Assembly: GCA_030647205.1 (NCBI GenBank)
Contig: JAUSJO010000005.1
Span: 202,523-266,522, forward strand
Length of the DNA stretch: 64,000 nt
From: a bacterium
GTDB taxonomy: Bacteria; Patescibacteriota; CPR2; UBA1875; JAJYID01
Reading direction: 5' to 3'
Shown: piece after piece, positions 11,388-19,027 of the stretch
How positions within the stretch are numbered: position 1 is the stretch's first letter
How the letters are laid out: the number at the start of each line of letters is the position of its first letter
Program-made: the position numbers and the translations under genes
The notes under the pieces: model-generated
Told to the model about the DNA's origin: nothing
Database searches by the model: none
The model's input: only the letters and a program-made list of their open reading frames with translations

Positions 11388-11801
11388 ATGGAAAACACAG
11401 CAGTTCAATTTAAGGGAAGATATAATGGCGCGGTAGGAAGAAGAAAAGAAGCCGTCGCTAGAGTTCGTATTTATGCCGGTTCAGGAAAAGTTTTAATAAA
11501 CGGCAAAGATTATACAGTTTACTATACAAACGAGACCCAAAGAGAGGCCATCTATGCACCGCTTAAGCTTTTGGGGCTTGAAAAGAAATTTGATGTTTCA
11601 GCCGTAGTCTCCGGTGGCGGTAAGAACGGGCAGCTTGACGCTATCTGCCATGGTATTTCAAGGGCACTTGTCGAGTCAGATGAAGGATATAGAACAACCT
11701 TAAAAAAATCAGGATTTTTAACTCGCGATCCAAGGGCAAAAGAAAGAAAGAAGTGCGGTTTGAAACGCGCCAGAAAAGCTCCACAGTTCTCAAAACGTTA
11801 A
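11388..11801 (+). CDS. rpsI: 30S ribosomal protein S9
   Basis: [39 protein letters not shown]. Confidence 0.99.
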   Translation: MENTAVQFKGRYNGAVGRRKEAVARVRIYAGSGKVLINGKDYTVYYTNETQREAIYAPLKLLGLEKKFDVSAVVSGGGKNGQLDAICHGISRALVESDEGYRTTLKKSGFLTRDPRAKERKKCGLKRARKAPQFSKR

Positions 11802-11813
11802 AGATACATTTAC

Positions 11814-11838
11814 AAAGAGCCCTGAAAAGGGTTCTTTT
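11814..11838 (+). terminator. Intrinsic terminator after rpsI
   Basis: AAAGAGCCCT-GAAA-AGGGTTCTTTT hairpin followed by T-tract. Confidence 0.8.
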
Positions 11839-11859
11839 GTATTGTTTAGGGTTATTCTT

Positions 11860-12170
11860 CTACTTTTTGATAGCAAAAAGTAACAAAAACTACCGACTAA
11901 CGATTCTTTTCAAAGTGTCGGACAAGAGCCTCATTTCAGGTTTAAAAAAATTAACTCGCTAATCGCTCAAACAAAATTCTTTTTAAATCTTCACTCGGCT
12001 CATCCTCTCTTTGAAAAAATCACGCCGGAAAGGGAAATTTCTTCGTGATGGCGAAATACAAAATTCTTTTCAAAGGTTCGTTCACTCCAGACTTCCTTTT
12101 CGAGCCGATAGCCGCAAGAGAGCTCTCTTTGGAAAAATCACGCCGGGGATACGAAACCACTCCAGACTCT
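11860..12170. repeat. Interspersed structured palindromic element, copy A (mosaic of related hairpins)
   Basis: Nested inverted repeats; shares AAAGTGTCGGA, TTCAGGTTT, AAATCTTCA, CCGATAGCCGCAAGA and TCTTTG(G/A)AAAAATCA(C/T)GCCGG with 59115-59330. Confidence 0.7.
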
Positions 12171-12217
12171 AGGAATTTATTGTACTCAAACAGGCAAACC
12201 ATGCTATAATTTATCCT

Positions 12218-13237
12218 ATGAAGGAGGGTATCGCTCAGGAAGAAACTAGAAATGATGTGCTGAAACTTTTGGCCGTTATTTTCGTTGCGCTTTTGACAAT
12301 AGGTACGGCAGGCTTTATGATACTAAAAGGTCTCTCACCGTGGGAAGCGTTCTACCAGACCATGATTGTACTTTTGACGCATTTCTATCATGAGATTAAA
12401 GAGCCATTTCTTGTACAGATTTTTATACTAATTTTGATATTAGGCAGCTTTATTATAGTTGCTTATGTTATAAAATTTTTTGCAGAGTATCTCTTTGAGG
12501 GGACTTTTAAAGAAAACAGGAGGAAAAAGACAATGGACAAGACAATCAACGCATATCATGACCACTACATAATATGCGGGTATGGGAGAGTAGGAAAGCA
12601 GATTGCTGATGAACTGGCAGATGAAAAAGCAAAGTTTGTAGTTGTCGATAGGGATAAAACTGAGATTGATGAAGCAACGGAGAGAGGTTTTATGGTAGTG
12701 CATGGTGACCCTACAGAAGAAAGAACTCTTCTAAAAGCAGGAGTCCTAAAAGCGAAGTCTGTTATTGTTGTCCCCGGTTCTGAGATCGACAGTCTTTATA
12801 TAGTTCTTTCAGCAAGATCATTAAACCCAGATGTTTATATTATTGCTAGAGCCGGCAAGGAAGAGGGAATGGCAAAAATTAAAAAAGCCGGTGCGAACAA
12901 GGTGACTATGCCGGAGCAGATTGCAGGATACCATATGGCGACGATGGCGCTTCGTCCTGCTGTCGTAGATTTCTTGGATGTTATAATTGATGGCAAACAT
13001 GATGAACTTCAGATAGAAGAGCTTCAAATACGTCCCGGGTCAGAATATATAAACAGGCCGCTAAACTTTTACCTCACGCAAATAGATAACGGTGTAGCAG
13101 TTTTAGCTATAAATAGGGTCGATGGAAATACAAAAGTCAATCCTGGCGGAAGTGAGATTTTAAGTTTAAATGACCGCCTGATACTGATGGGGACCAGAGA
13201 CCAGCTTGAAAAAGTTACCGATAAAGTAGCTTCTTAA
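12218..13237 (+). CDS. Potassium-channel-family protein (2TM + pore region + TrkA_N/RCK + TrkA_C) with atypical filter
   Basis: N-terminal TM pair; HYIICGYGRVGKQIA Rossmann/RCK motif; GDPTEERTL; C-terminal TrkA_C-like domain. TVGYG is absent. Confidence 0.88.
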   Translation: MKEGIAQEETRNDVLKLLAVIFVALLTIGTAGFMILKGLSPWEAFYQTMIVLLTHFYHEIKEPFLVQIFILILILGSFIIVAYVIKFFAEYLFEGTFKENRRKKTMDKTINAYHDHYIICGYGRVGKQIADELADEKAKFVVVDRDKTEIDEATERGFMVVHGDPTEERTLLKAGVLKAKSVIVVPGSEIDSLYIVLSARSLNPDVYIIARAGKEEGMAKIKKAGANKVTMPEQIAGYHMATMALRPAVVDFLDVIIDGKHDELQIEELQIRPGSEYINRPLNFYLTQIDNGVAVLAINRVDGNTKVNPGGSEILSLNDRLILMGTRDQLEKVTDKVAS

Positions 13238-13242
13238 AGGTT

Positions 13243-14127
13243 ATGAAAAGCATTAAATATAAAGGCGAAAAACAAAGGCTTGATATATATGTATCAGGTC
13301 TTTTAGATATTACCAGAAGCCAAGCCCAAAAGAGGATTAAATCAGGAGAGATAAAAGTTGGCGGGGAACAGGTAAATCCGAGTAAAATGGTTGCTCAAGG
13401 TGACGTTATTAAAATTTCAGAAAAAATATCAATCCAGGAGAAAAAAGAAGCGCCAGATGTGAATATTGTTTATGAAGATGAGAATATTATTGTCGTTGAT
13501 AAAGATGCAGGAGTGGTTGTCTATCCGGCAGATGGGCACGATTCGGGCACGCTCATTGATGCTTTACGCGATAAGATTGGTATACAGGATGAAGAGAGGC
13601 CGGGAGTGGTGCATCGGCTGGATAAAGACACGTCAGGGCTAATGGTATTTGCTAAAAATCAAAAATCTCTGGAGCATTTGCAGGATCAGATACGAGACAG
13701 AAAGTTTGAAAAAACATATTTAACCCTAGTATGGGGAAAGGTTCTACCTGAGAAGGGGACTATAGATATCCCCATCCAGCGCTCAGAAAAGGACAGAAAG
13801 AAGATGGAAGCCTCAAGCACCGGGCGAGAGTCTTTGACTGAATATGAAGTGGTTAAATATTACGATGGGATGACATTTTTGAGGGTAAAAATAATAACAG
13901 GTAGAACTCACCAGATACGCGTGCACTTTGCCGGAATAGGCTATCCGGTTGTTGGTGATAAAGCATATGGCTCTCGCTCCTCTGTCATTCCCGCGCAGGC
14001 GGGAATCTCCCGTCAATTTCTCCATGCACACGAGTTAGGATTTGAACTGTTTGGCAAAAAATATCATTTTACCTCAGAGTTACCTAAAGATTTAGAAAAA
14101 TTATTGAAACTAAAGGAGAATCAATGA
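13243..14127 (+). CDS. rluD: RluA/RluD-family 23S rRNA pseudouridine synthase with S4 domain
   Basis: RLDIYV S4 start, RPGVVHRLDKDTSG catalytic motif, TGRTHQIRVH, GDKAYG, FLHA. Confidence 0.92.
   Translation: MKSIKYKGEKQRLDIYVSGLLDITRSQAQKRIKSGEIKVGGEQVNPSKMVAQGDVIKISEKISIQEKKEAPDVNIVYEDENIIVVDKDAGVVVYPADGHDSGTLIDALRDKIGIQDEERPGVVHRLDKDTSGLMVFAKNQKSLEHLQDQIRDRKFEKTYLTLVWGKVLPEKGTIDIPIQRSEKDRKKMEASSTGRESLTEYEVVKYYDGMTFLRVKIITGRTHQIRVHFAGIGYPVVGDKAYGSRSSVIPAQAGISRQFLHAHELGFELFGKKYHFTSELPKDLEKLLKLKENQ
13983..14008 (+). repeat. REP-like palindrome inside the rluD coding sequence
   Basis: TGTCATTCCCGCGCAGGCGGGAATCT (ATTCCCGC/GCGGGAAT stem), translated in frame as VIPAQAGI. Confidence 0.75.
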
Positions 14128-14810
14128 AGTTTAAGGTTGAATATTCAATAGAAAAAGATATGGTCCCATATCTCAATGCTGTTTGGAAGATGCAGTATAA
14201 AACTTTTGGGAGAAATAATTTAAGAGAGAGATTACTTAGTAGTAAGCCGGAACAGTTTCAAAAGGACATTAAAAAAGCCAAGACAGAGGAAGAAGCAAAA
14301 ATAGTGATTAACGATTTTCTTTATGAAAATCTAGAAAAGAACAAGGCTGAATTTGCCCAAAAAATTAAAAAAATTCAGAAAAATTTAGATGATAATAAAG
14401 AGAAAATAATCGGAAAACTCGAGAAACTCTATAATAAGGAATTTCCCTTTAATGTGATAACAATTTATCTGACCACTGCAGGAATTTGCCCGTATAATTA
14501 TGAAAAAAGGTGGTTTATGACATATGCCAATGCTGATGAAGCTAGGGTTTTGTCTGTTGCATCTCATGAGCTAAATCATTTTATGTTTTTTTACTACTAC
14601 CTACCCAGTCTGAAAAAAGAAGGAATTGATGACCATAAATTAATGGTACTAAAGGAGGCTTTAGTTGTCTTGGATCCAAATGATACTGATAAAAAGCCCC
14701 AAGCTGAGGATCTGAAGAAATTTCTAAAGACTCTGTCGGACAGACCAATGGATGAGATTATAGAACTAGCCATAAAATCCGAAGCATTTAAGAATATCCC
14801 AGTCGAATAA
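14124..14810 (+). CDS. Hypothetical protein, possible HExxH zinc metallopeptidase-like
   Basis: 228 aa, overlaps the rluD stop; SHELNHF motif with downstream LKEAL glutamate. Confidence 0.7.
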   Translation: MKFKVEYSIEKDMVPYLNAVWKMQYKTFGRNNLRERLLSSKPEQFQKDIKKAKTEEEAKIVINDFLYENLEKNKAEFAQKIKKIQKNLDDNKEKIIGKLEKLYNKEFPFNVITIYLTTAGICPYNYEKRWFMTYANADEARVLSVASHELNHFMFFYYYLPSLKKEGIDDHKLMVLKEALVVLDPNDTDKKPQAEDLKKFLKTLSDRPMDEIIELAIKSEAFKNIPVE

Positions 14811-14852
14811 TATGGAATTATTCCGTTTTAACTGATATAATTATCCGTACGA

Positions 14853-15656
14853 ATGGATAAAACTAATCTTAAAAATAAAAAGCAGGATGGGTATCTAAAA
14901 CAGCAGATTAAGAGCGGTGATTTTGCTTCTTTTATGCTGTTTGTCGGGCAAAAGGGAACTGGTAAATATAAGGCGGTTGAGGACTTTGCCGGAGCTATCT
15001 TGTGCGATAACGGAAGCGGGGAGCCGTGCTTGATATGTGCAAATTGCAAACTAGTTGCTAGCGGTAACCATCCGGACTTTTTGAAACTTGGCGGAGAGGG
15101 AACTATCAAAATAGCTGAAATCAGAGAACTCCAAAAGTCTTTATATCTAAAGCCGTATCAAGCAAGCCACAAAGTTGCGATAATAGAAGATGCGCACCTG
15201 ATGACAGAGGAGAGCGCAAACGCGATGCTAAAGGTTCTCGAGGAGCCGCCGGAAAATAGCATTATTATCCTGACATCGCCAGACAAAAAGTTGCTCCCAG
15301 AAACGATTGTCTCAAGAAGTCAGATAGTGAACTTTGGGACGGCTGGTGTTTTGCAGAAAACTCAGGATAGCGAAGAAGTTTATGCAGACGTGATGAACAT
15401 TTTAGATGAAAAGCCGGTTTATGAAAAAATGGCCATGGTGCAGAAGTATTCCAAAGAAAAGCCATTATCAGTTGAATTCCTGAACGTTTTAGAGGGTATC
15501 TTAAGGGAGGCGATTTTAGGAAAGAGTAATCTAGGTAGTTATTCAGAAAAAAAGATTATTGGAGTATTAGAGTTAGTAGAGAAGTCGAGAGAATATTTAA
15601 AAAGTAATCTATCGTGCAAGTTCGTACTGGAAAATTTAATTTTGAATGTAGGATAA
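14853..15656 (+). CDS. holB: DNA polymerase III subunit delta'
   Basis: GQKGTGK, C-x8-CLICANC zinc module, HPDF, ANAMLKVLEEPP, LPETIVSR. Confidence 0.92.
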   Translation: MDKTNLKNKKQDGYLKQQIKSGDFASFMLFVGQKGTGKYKAVEDFAGAILCDNGSGEPCLICANCKLVASGNHPDFLKLGGEGTIKIAEIRELQKSLYLKPYQASHKVAIIEDAHLMTEESANAMLKVLEEPPENSIIILTSPDKKLLPETIVSRSQIVNFGTAGVLQKTQDSEEVYADVMNILDEKPVYEKMAMVQKYSKEKPLSVEFLNVLEGILREAILGKSNLGSYSEKKIIGVLELVEKSREYLKSNLSCKFVLENLILNVG

Positions 15657-15657
15657 T

Positions 15658-16326
15658 ATGGCAAAAGCAATAGGAGTACAGTTTAGATCAGGCATTAAAA
15701 TCTACGATTTTAAGCAAAAAGGCGATGATATACAGATCCGAGATCAGGTTTTGGTTGATACGTCATATGGCGAGGAAATTGGTACAGTTAGGTATGTGAA
15801 CAAGGAAGTAAAAGAGGCGAAGGAAACACCGCTCAAAGACATTACCAAGCTTTTGTCCGAGAAAGATGTAGACCGGCTTGAAAGGCTGAAAAATGAGCAT
15901 ATTGGATATGTTGATATTTTCAAAAAGAATATAGAACAGCATAGTTTGGATATGAAGTTTGTGGAATTTGAGTTTTCGCTAGACGGGGAAAAAGTGACAT
16001 TTTACTTTACGGCGGACTCACGTGTGGATTTTCGAAATCTGGTTCGGGAAATGTCGAGACAGATTAAAAAAACGGTGTTGCTTAGACAAATGGGGCAGAG
16101 AGATGAGGCTAGAGTTCTGGACGGATTTGGCCCATGTGGGAGACCGATATGTTGCAGAAACTTCCTGACAAAGCTTGAAAATATATCTATGGACATGGTT
16201 AGAGAACAATATGAAGGATCAAGAAATGCCAGTAAGGTTTCGGGTGCTTGCGGAAAATTGATGTGTTGTTTAGCATTTGAAAAGGGTAAGGAGAAGACGG
16301 TTACTAAAAAGGAGTCAGTTAAATAA
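15658..16326 (+). CDS. ricT: PSP1-domain protein (RicT/YaaT family)
   Basis: FYFTADSRVDFRNLVR, RQMGQRDEAR, GPCGRPICC, SGACGKLMCCL; typical holB-yaaT adjacency. Confidence 0.9.
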   Translation: MAKAIGVQFRSGIKIYDFKQKGDDIQIRDQVLVDTSYGEEIGTVRYVNKEVKEAKETPLKDITKLLSEKDVDRLERLKNEHIGYVDIFKKNIEQHSLDMKFVEFEFSLDGEKVTFYFTADSRVDFRNLVREMSRQIKKTVLLRQMGQRDEARVLDGFGPCGRPICCRNFLTKLENISMDMVREQYEGSRNASKVSGACGKLMCCLAFEKGKEKTVTKKESVK

Positions 16327-17072
16327 TGTGGGAAATTATAACAATATTGATCTTAGCTGGGGCATCATTCTATCTAATTAGAAAGATTAACTTTGGTGGC
16401 TCTGATGAGGTTATAGAGCCAGAACCAAAAAAGGAAGAAATAGTAGAAGAAGTCCCTGATACTGATAAAGAAGAGCTAATCGAAGAAGGACTGCTTGAGG
16501 AAGAGTCAGAGGAAGAGCGTGGGGCTGACAGACTTATATCAGATGCCCATACAGAGTTTGAGAAAGATAATTTGAGAGAGGCAGAACGCTTGCTTATTGA
16601 AGCGATCAAAAAAGACAGGAAAAATCATCATGCCTATCTTGCCCTTGGAAATATATTTTTTAAAGAAGGAAACTGGGATGATGCGATAAATGCATTCCAA
16701 AAAACAGTTGAGTATGATCCTGTAAATGACGTTGCATTCAACAATCTTGGTCTTTCTTATTTCAAAGCAAAAGATTATAAAAATGCGGTTTCAGCTTTTG
16801 AAAAGGCGACTGCCGTAAATCCTGACGTAAAAAGCCGGTTTATAAATCTTGCTCTTGCGGCGAAAAAGAATAAAGACAACAAGTTGGCAACCAAGTCACT
16901 CGAGAGATTAACGAGCCTTGAGGCAGAACCAAATGTAAAGCATTTGAAAATGTTGGCAGATAGCTATGAAGCAAATGGGCAAACAGATAAATTTACGAAG
17001 GTTTTAACCCATATCCTCGAAATAGACCCGGAAGATGTTGATGTAAAGCGCAAACTGGCAAGGTACGAATAA
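16326..17072 (+). CDS. Membrane-anchored tetratricopeptide repeat protein
   Basis: N-terminal TM, acidic linker, TPR-like AYLALGNIFF and AFNNLGLSYF repeats. Confidence 0.85.
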   Translation: MWEIITILILAGASFYLIRKINFGGSDEVIEPEPKKEEIVEEVPDTDKEELIEEGLLEEESEEERGADRLISDAHTEFEKDNLREAERLLIEAIKKDRKNHHAYLALGNIFFKEGNWDDAINAFQKTVEYDPVNDVAFNNLGLSYFKAKDYKNAVSAFEKATAVNPDVKSRFINLALAAKKNKDNKLATKSLERLTSLEAEPNVKHLKMLADSYEANGQTDKFTKVLTHILEIDPEDVDVKRKLARYE

Positions 17073-17091
17073 TCTTCTAAATCTGATACAA

Positions 17092-17120
17092 TTGACCCGG
17101 AAGGCAAAAACGAGTATAAT
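17092..17120 (+). promoter_or_regulatory. sigma70-type promoter of the tRNA cluster
   Basis: TTGACC-N17-TATAAT, 14 nt upstream of tRNA-Thr. Confidence 0.8.
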
Positions 17121-17134
17121 GTTTCAGTGGTTTT

Positions 17135-17209
17135 GCCGCCTTAGCTCAGTGGTAGAGCAACTGTTTTGTAAACAGTCGGTCGTCGGTTCGAGTCCGACAG
17201 GCGGCTCCA
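17135..17209 (+). tRNA. tRNA-Thr(TGT)
   Basis: Cloverleaf GCCGCCT...AGGCGGC-T-CCA; anticodon arm ACTGT-TTTGTAA-ACAGT; GGTTCGAGTCC T-arm. Confidence 0.97.
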
Positions 17210-17224
17210 TAAAATCAAGTGTTT

Positions 17225-17310
17225 GGCGAGATACCGAAGCGGTCAAACGGGGCAGACTGTAAATCTGCTGGCATACGCCTTCGAAGGTTCGAATCCTTCT
17301 CTCGCCACCA
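17225..17310 (+). tRNA. tRNA-Tyr(GTA)
   Basis: GGCGAGA...TCTCGCC-A-CCA; GCAGA-CTGTAAA-TCTGC; long variable arm. Confidence 0.97.
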
Positions 17311-17314
17311 GTGA

Positions 17315-17390
17315 GCCGTTGTAGCTCAGTTGGTAGAGCAACTCCATGGTAAGGAGTAGGTCAGCGGTTCAACTCCGCTCAACGGCTCCA
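17315..17390 (+). tRNA. tRNA-Thr(GGT)
   Basis: GCCGTTG...CAACGGC-T-CCA; ACTCC-ATGGTAA-GGAGT. Confidence 0.96.
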
Positions 17391-17423
17391 TAGTCGAACA
17401 AATAACTAAAAAAAGGAAATGTA

Positions 17424-17594
17424 ATGGCAAAAAAAGGACCACGAAAAATAATCAAACTTCAGTGTACAGAGTGCAAAGAGAGAAACTACTCAACCAAGAA
17501 AAACGATCGTAATACTACCGATAAACTTGAACTGACAAAGTACTGCAAAAAGGATCGAAAACACACGTTGCACAAAGAAGCAAAAGCGTCCTAA
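17424..17594 (+). CDS. rpmG: 50S ribosomal protein L33 (not in ORF track)
   Basis: Translated by hand: [56 protein letters not shown]; AAGGA upstream. Confidence 0.97.
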   Translation: MAKKGPRKIIKLQCTECKERNYSTKKNDRNTTDKLELTKYCKKDRKHTLHKEAKAS

Positions 17595-17610
17595 TCTTTT
17601 AGGACTTCTT

Positions 17611-17686
17611 AGGGGTGTAGCTCAGCTGGTAGAGCGTCGGTCTCCAAAACCGAAGGTCGTGGGTTCGAAGCCTGCCACCCCTGCCA
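17611..17686 (+). tRNA. tRNA-Trp(CCA)
   Basis: AGGGGTG...CACCCCT-G-CCA; TCGGT-CTCCAAA-ACCGA. Confidence 0.97.
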
Positions 17687-17866
17687 AAGAAAGATTCTCA
17701 ATTTCTTGAGGGTCTTTCTTTGTGGGCGGCAGCTGAGAACCTACAATGAAGACGCTTAAGTGAAATTAGTGTAGTCTTGAGTTATGACAAGCTAAACAAT
17801 AGTAAATTAAGGAATAAAGCAAGAACAGGCGGCTGAGCCGCTTCGAAGCCTGCCACCCCTGCCAAA
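17687..17866 (+). repeat. tRNA-Trp 3'-associated mini-element (hairpin, inverted degenerate tRNA 3' copy, spacer, exact direct copy)
   Basis: TTCGAAGCCTGCCACCCCTGCCAAA at 17664-17688 and 17842-17866; inverted copy GGGCGGCAGCTGAGAACCTAC at 17724-17744. Confidence 0.85.
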
Positions 17867-17901
17867 ACAAGGTTCCCATCTTTTGATGGGGTTCTTGTTT
17901 T
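17864..17901. terminator. Bidirectional terminator-like hairpin
   Basis: AAAACAAGGTTCCCATC-TTTT-GATGGGGTTCTTGTTTT between convergent units. Confidence 0.65.
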
Positions 17902-18557
17902 TATTTTGTGATAATTTCTTTTAAATATGGAGGATTTTGATTTTCAATAATATTTACCAAATCCTCAAAGCCAGGGGCAAGATCATCCTTTTGAAAATCT
18001 TCTATTTTTCCCCAAAAAGGTTTTCCTTGCAAACCATTTGACTGGATTTCGCCCTTAATATTCGCAACTTGGAAAATATGCGCTAGGTAGTGGTCAACAA
18101 CTTCATCATTTTCATTTGTTTGGACATAAACATCACCGAGATATTTCAAATCACCCGTAAGCCCGCTTTTCCACATGAGCTCTTTATGAGCTAAATCTAG
18201 CACTGGTTTTCCGTAATGAATTTTTCCAAAGGGGAAACTGATAAGGTTTTGGTAGGGCTGTCTCTTCCATTTGAAGAGTAAATATTTGCCATCTTTATTT
18301 TTAGCTATAAACATTACAACAATTTTAGGTTGAAGCCTCACTGATCCAGACTCAAGGCTCATACTGCTCACATACTTTTTACCAGATAGCGACAGGTGAT
18401 AGTTTTTATCGTTTTTTGTAATAAAACCATCAGCAATAAGCTGGTTTAGGTGATACATGAACAGGTTGCCCTCGACATTATCGGGTCTTAAGTCGGTGTA
18501 CCTAAGAGTGTCGCTTGTCGCAAGCTGTCTTAGAATATGTTTTTGAATCCAATGCAT
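17901..18557 (-). CDS. Winged-HTH + degenerate NUDIX domain protein (putative nucleotide-sensing regulator)
   Basis: ArsR-like N-terminus (ILRQL...NLFMYHLNQLIADGFITK...YHLS); the NUDIX-box position reads GKIHYGKPVLDLAHKELMWKSGL and lacks the canonical Glu residues. Confidence 0.75.
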   Translation of the reverse strand: MHWIQKHILRQLATSDTLRYTDLRPDNVEGNLFMYHLNQLIADGFITKNDKNYHLSLSGKKYVSSMSLESGSVRLQPKIVVMFIAKNKDGKYLLFKWKRQPYQNLISFPFGKIHYGKPVLDLAHKELMWKSGLTGDLKYLGDVYVQTNENDEVVDHYLAHIFQVANIKGEIQSNGLQGKPFWGKIEDFQKDDLAPGFEDLVNIIENQNPPYLKEIITK

Positions 18558-18686
18558 ATACCTATTTTATATCAATTTCTAAAGATTTTGTTCAAATAAA
18601 TTTGAGTCAAAAGGATTTGCTACTTTAATGGCATGCTTGAATAGACAATAAGTTTAGTACCTTAAACTAATGAAAGAGGGGACCAA

Positions 18687-18956
18687 ATGACTAGTGGGAA
18701 AATGACAGAAGTATTGGACGGTTATATCAAAATGTTCGCAGATCTAGGCATATCTGAAATATCTGATTACACGAATGTTGGTAGTAAATCGGAAAGATTA
18801 CAGTACCTTTACGCGATGTGTAAGAAAACGAAGAAACTGGTTGAGGATGGCGATGTAGAGAAAGCAAACAGGTGGTTAGGATTCATCCAAGGAAGCTTGT
18901 GGGTCGATAAAGTCTTTACAATTGATGATATGCGCGATCACAACCGATCTTCTTAG
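18687..18956 (+). CDS. Small hypothetical protein with KANRWLGFIQG motif (phage-like)
   Basis: 89 aa ORF, GAGGGG RBS, own terminator at 18969-18999. Confidence 0.75.
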   Translation: MTSGKMTEVLDGYIKMFADLGISEISDYTNVGSKSERLQYLYAMCKKTKKLVEDGDVEKANRWLGFIQGSLWVDKVFTIDDMRDHNRSS

Positions 18957-18968
18957 TAAACAAGGATT

Positions 18969-18999
18969 GGCCCGGGTGTTTATACTCGGGCCTTTTTTC
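18969..18999 (+). terminator. Intrinsic terminator
   Basis: GGCCCGGGTG-TTTA-TACTCGGGCC-TTTTTT. Confidence 0.85.
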
Positions 19000-19027
19000 T
19001 TAGGTTCATAATGGTATAATAGGCATT

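Noticed and set aside
350-11962. Many short antisense or alternate-frame ORFs over the r-protein cluster, and similar ones across the window
   Set aside because: They are shadows of well-supported genes, lack RBS and motifs, and have the Phe/Leu/Ser-rich composition expected from the reverse strand of A-rich genes.
12020-12202. 60-aa minus-strand ORF, and 11753-11962 on +
   Set aside because: Both lie within the palindromic repeat/terminator region and show no coding signals.
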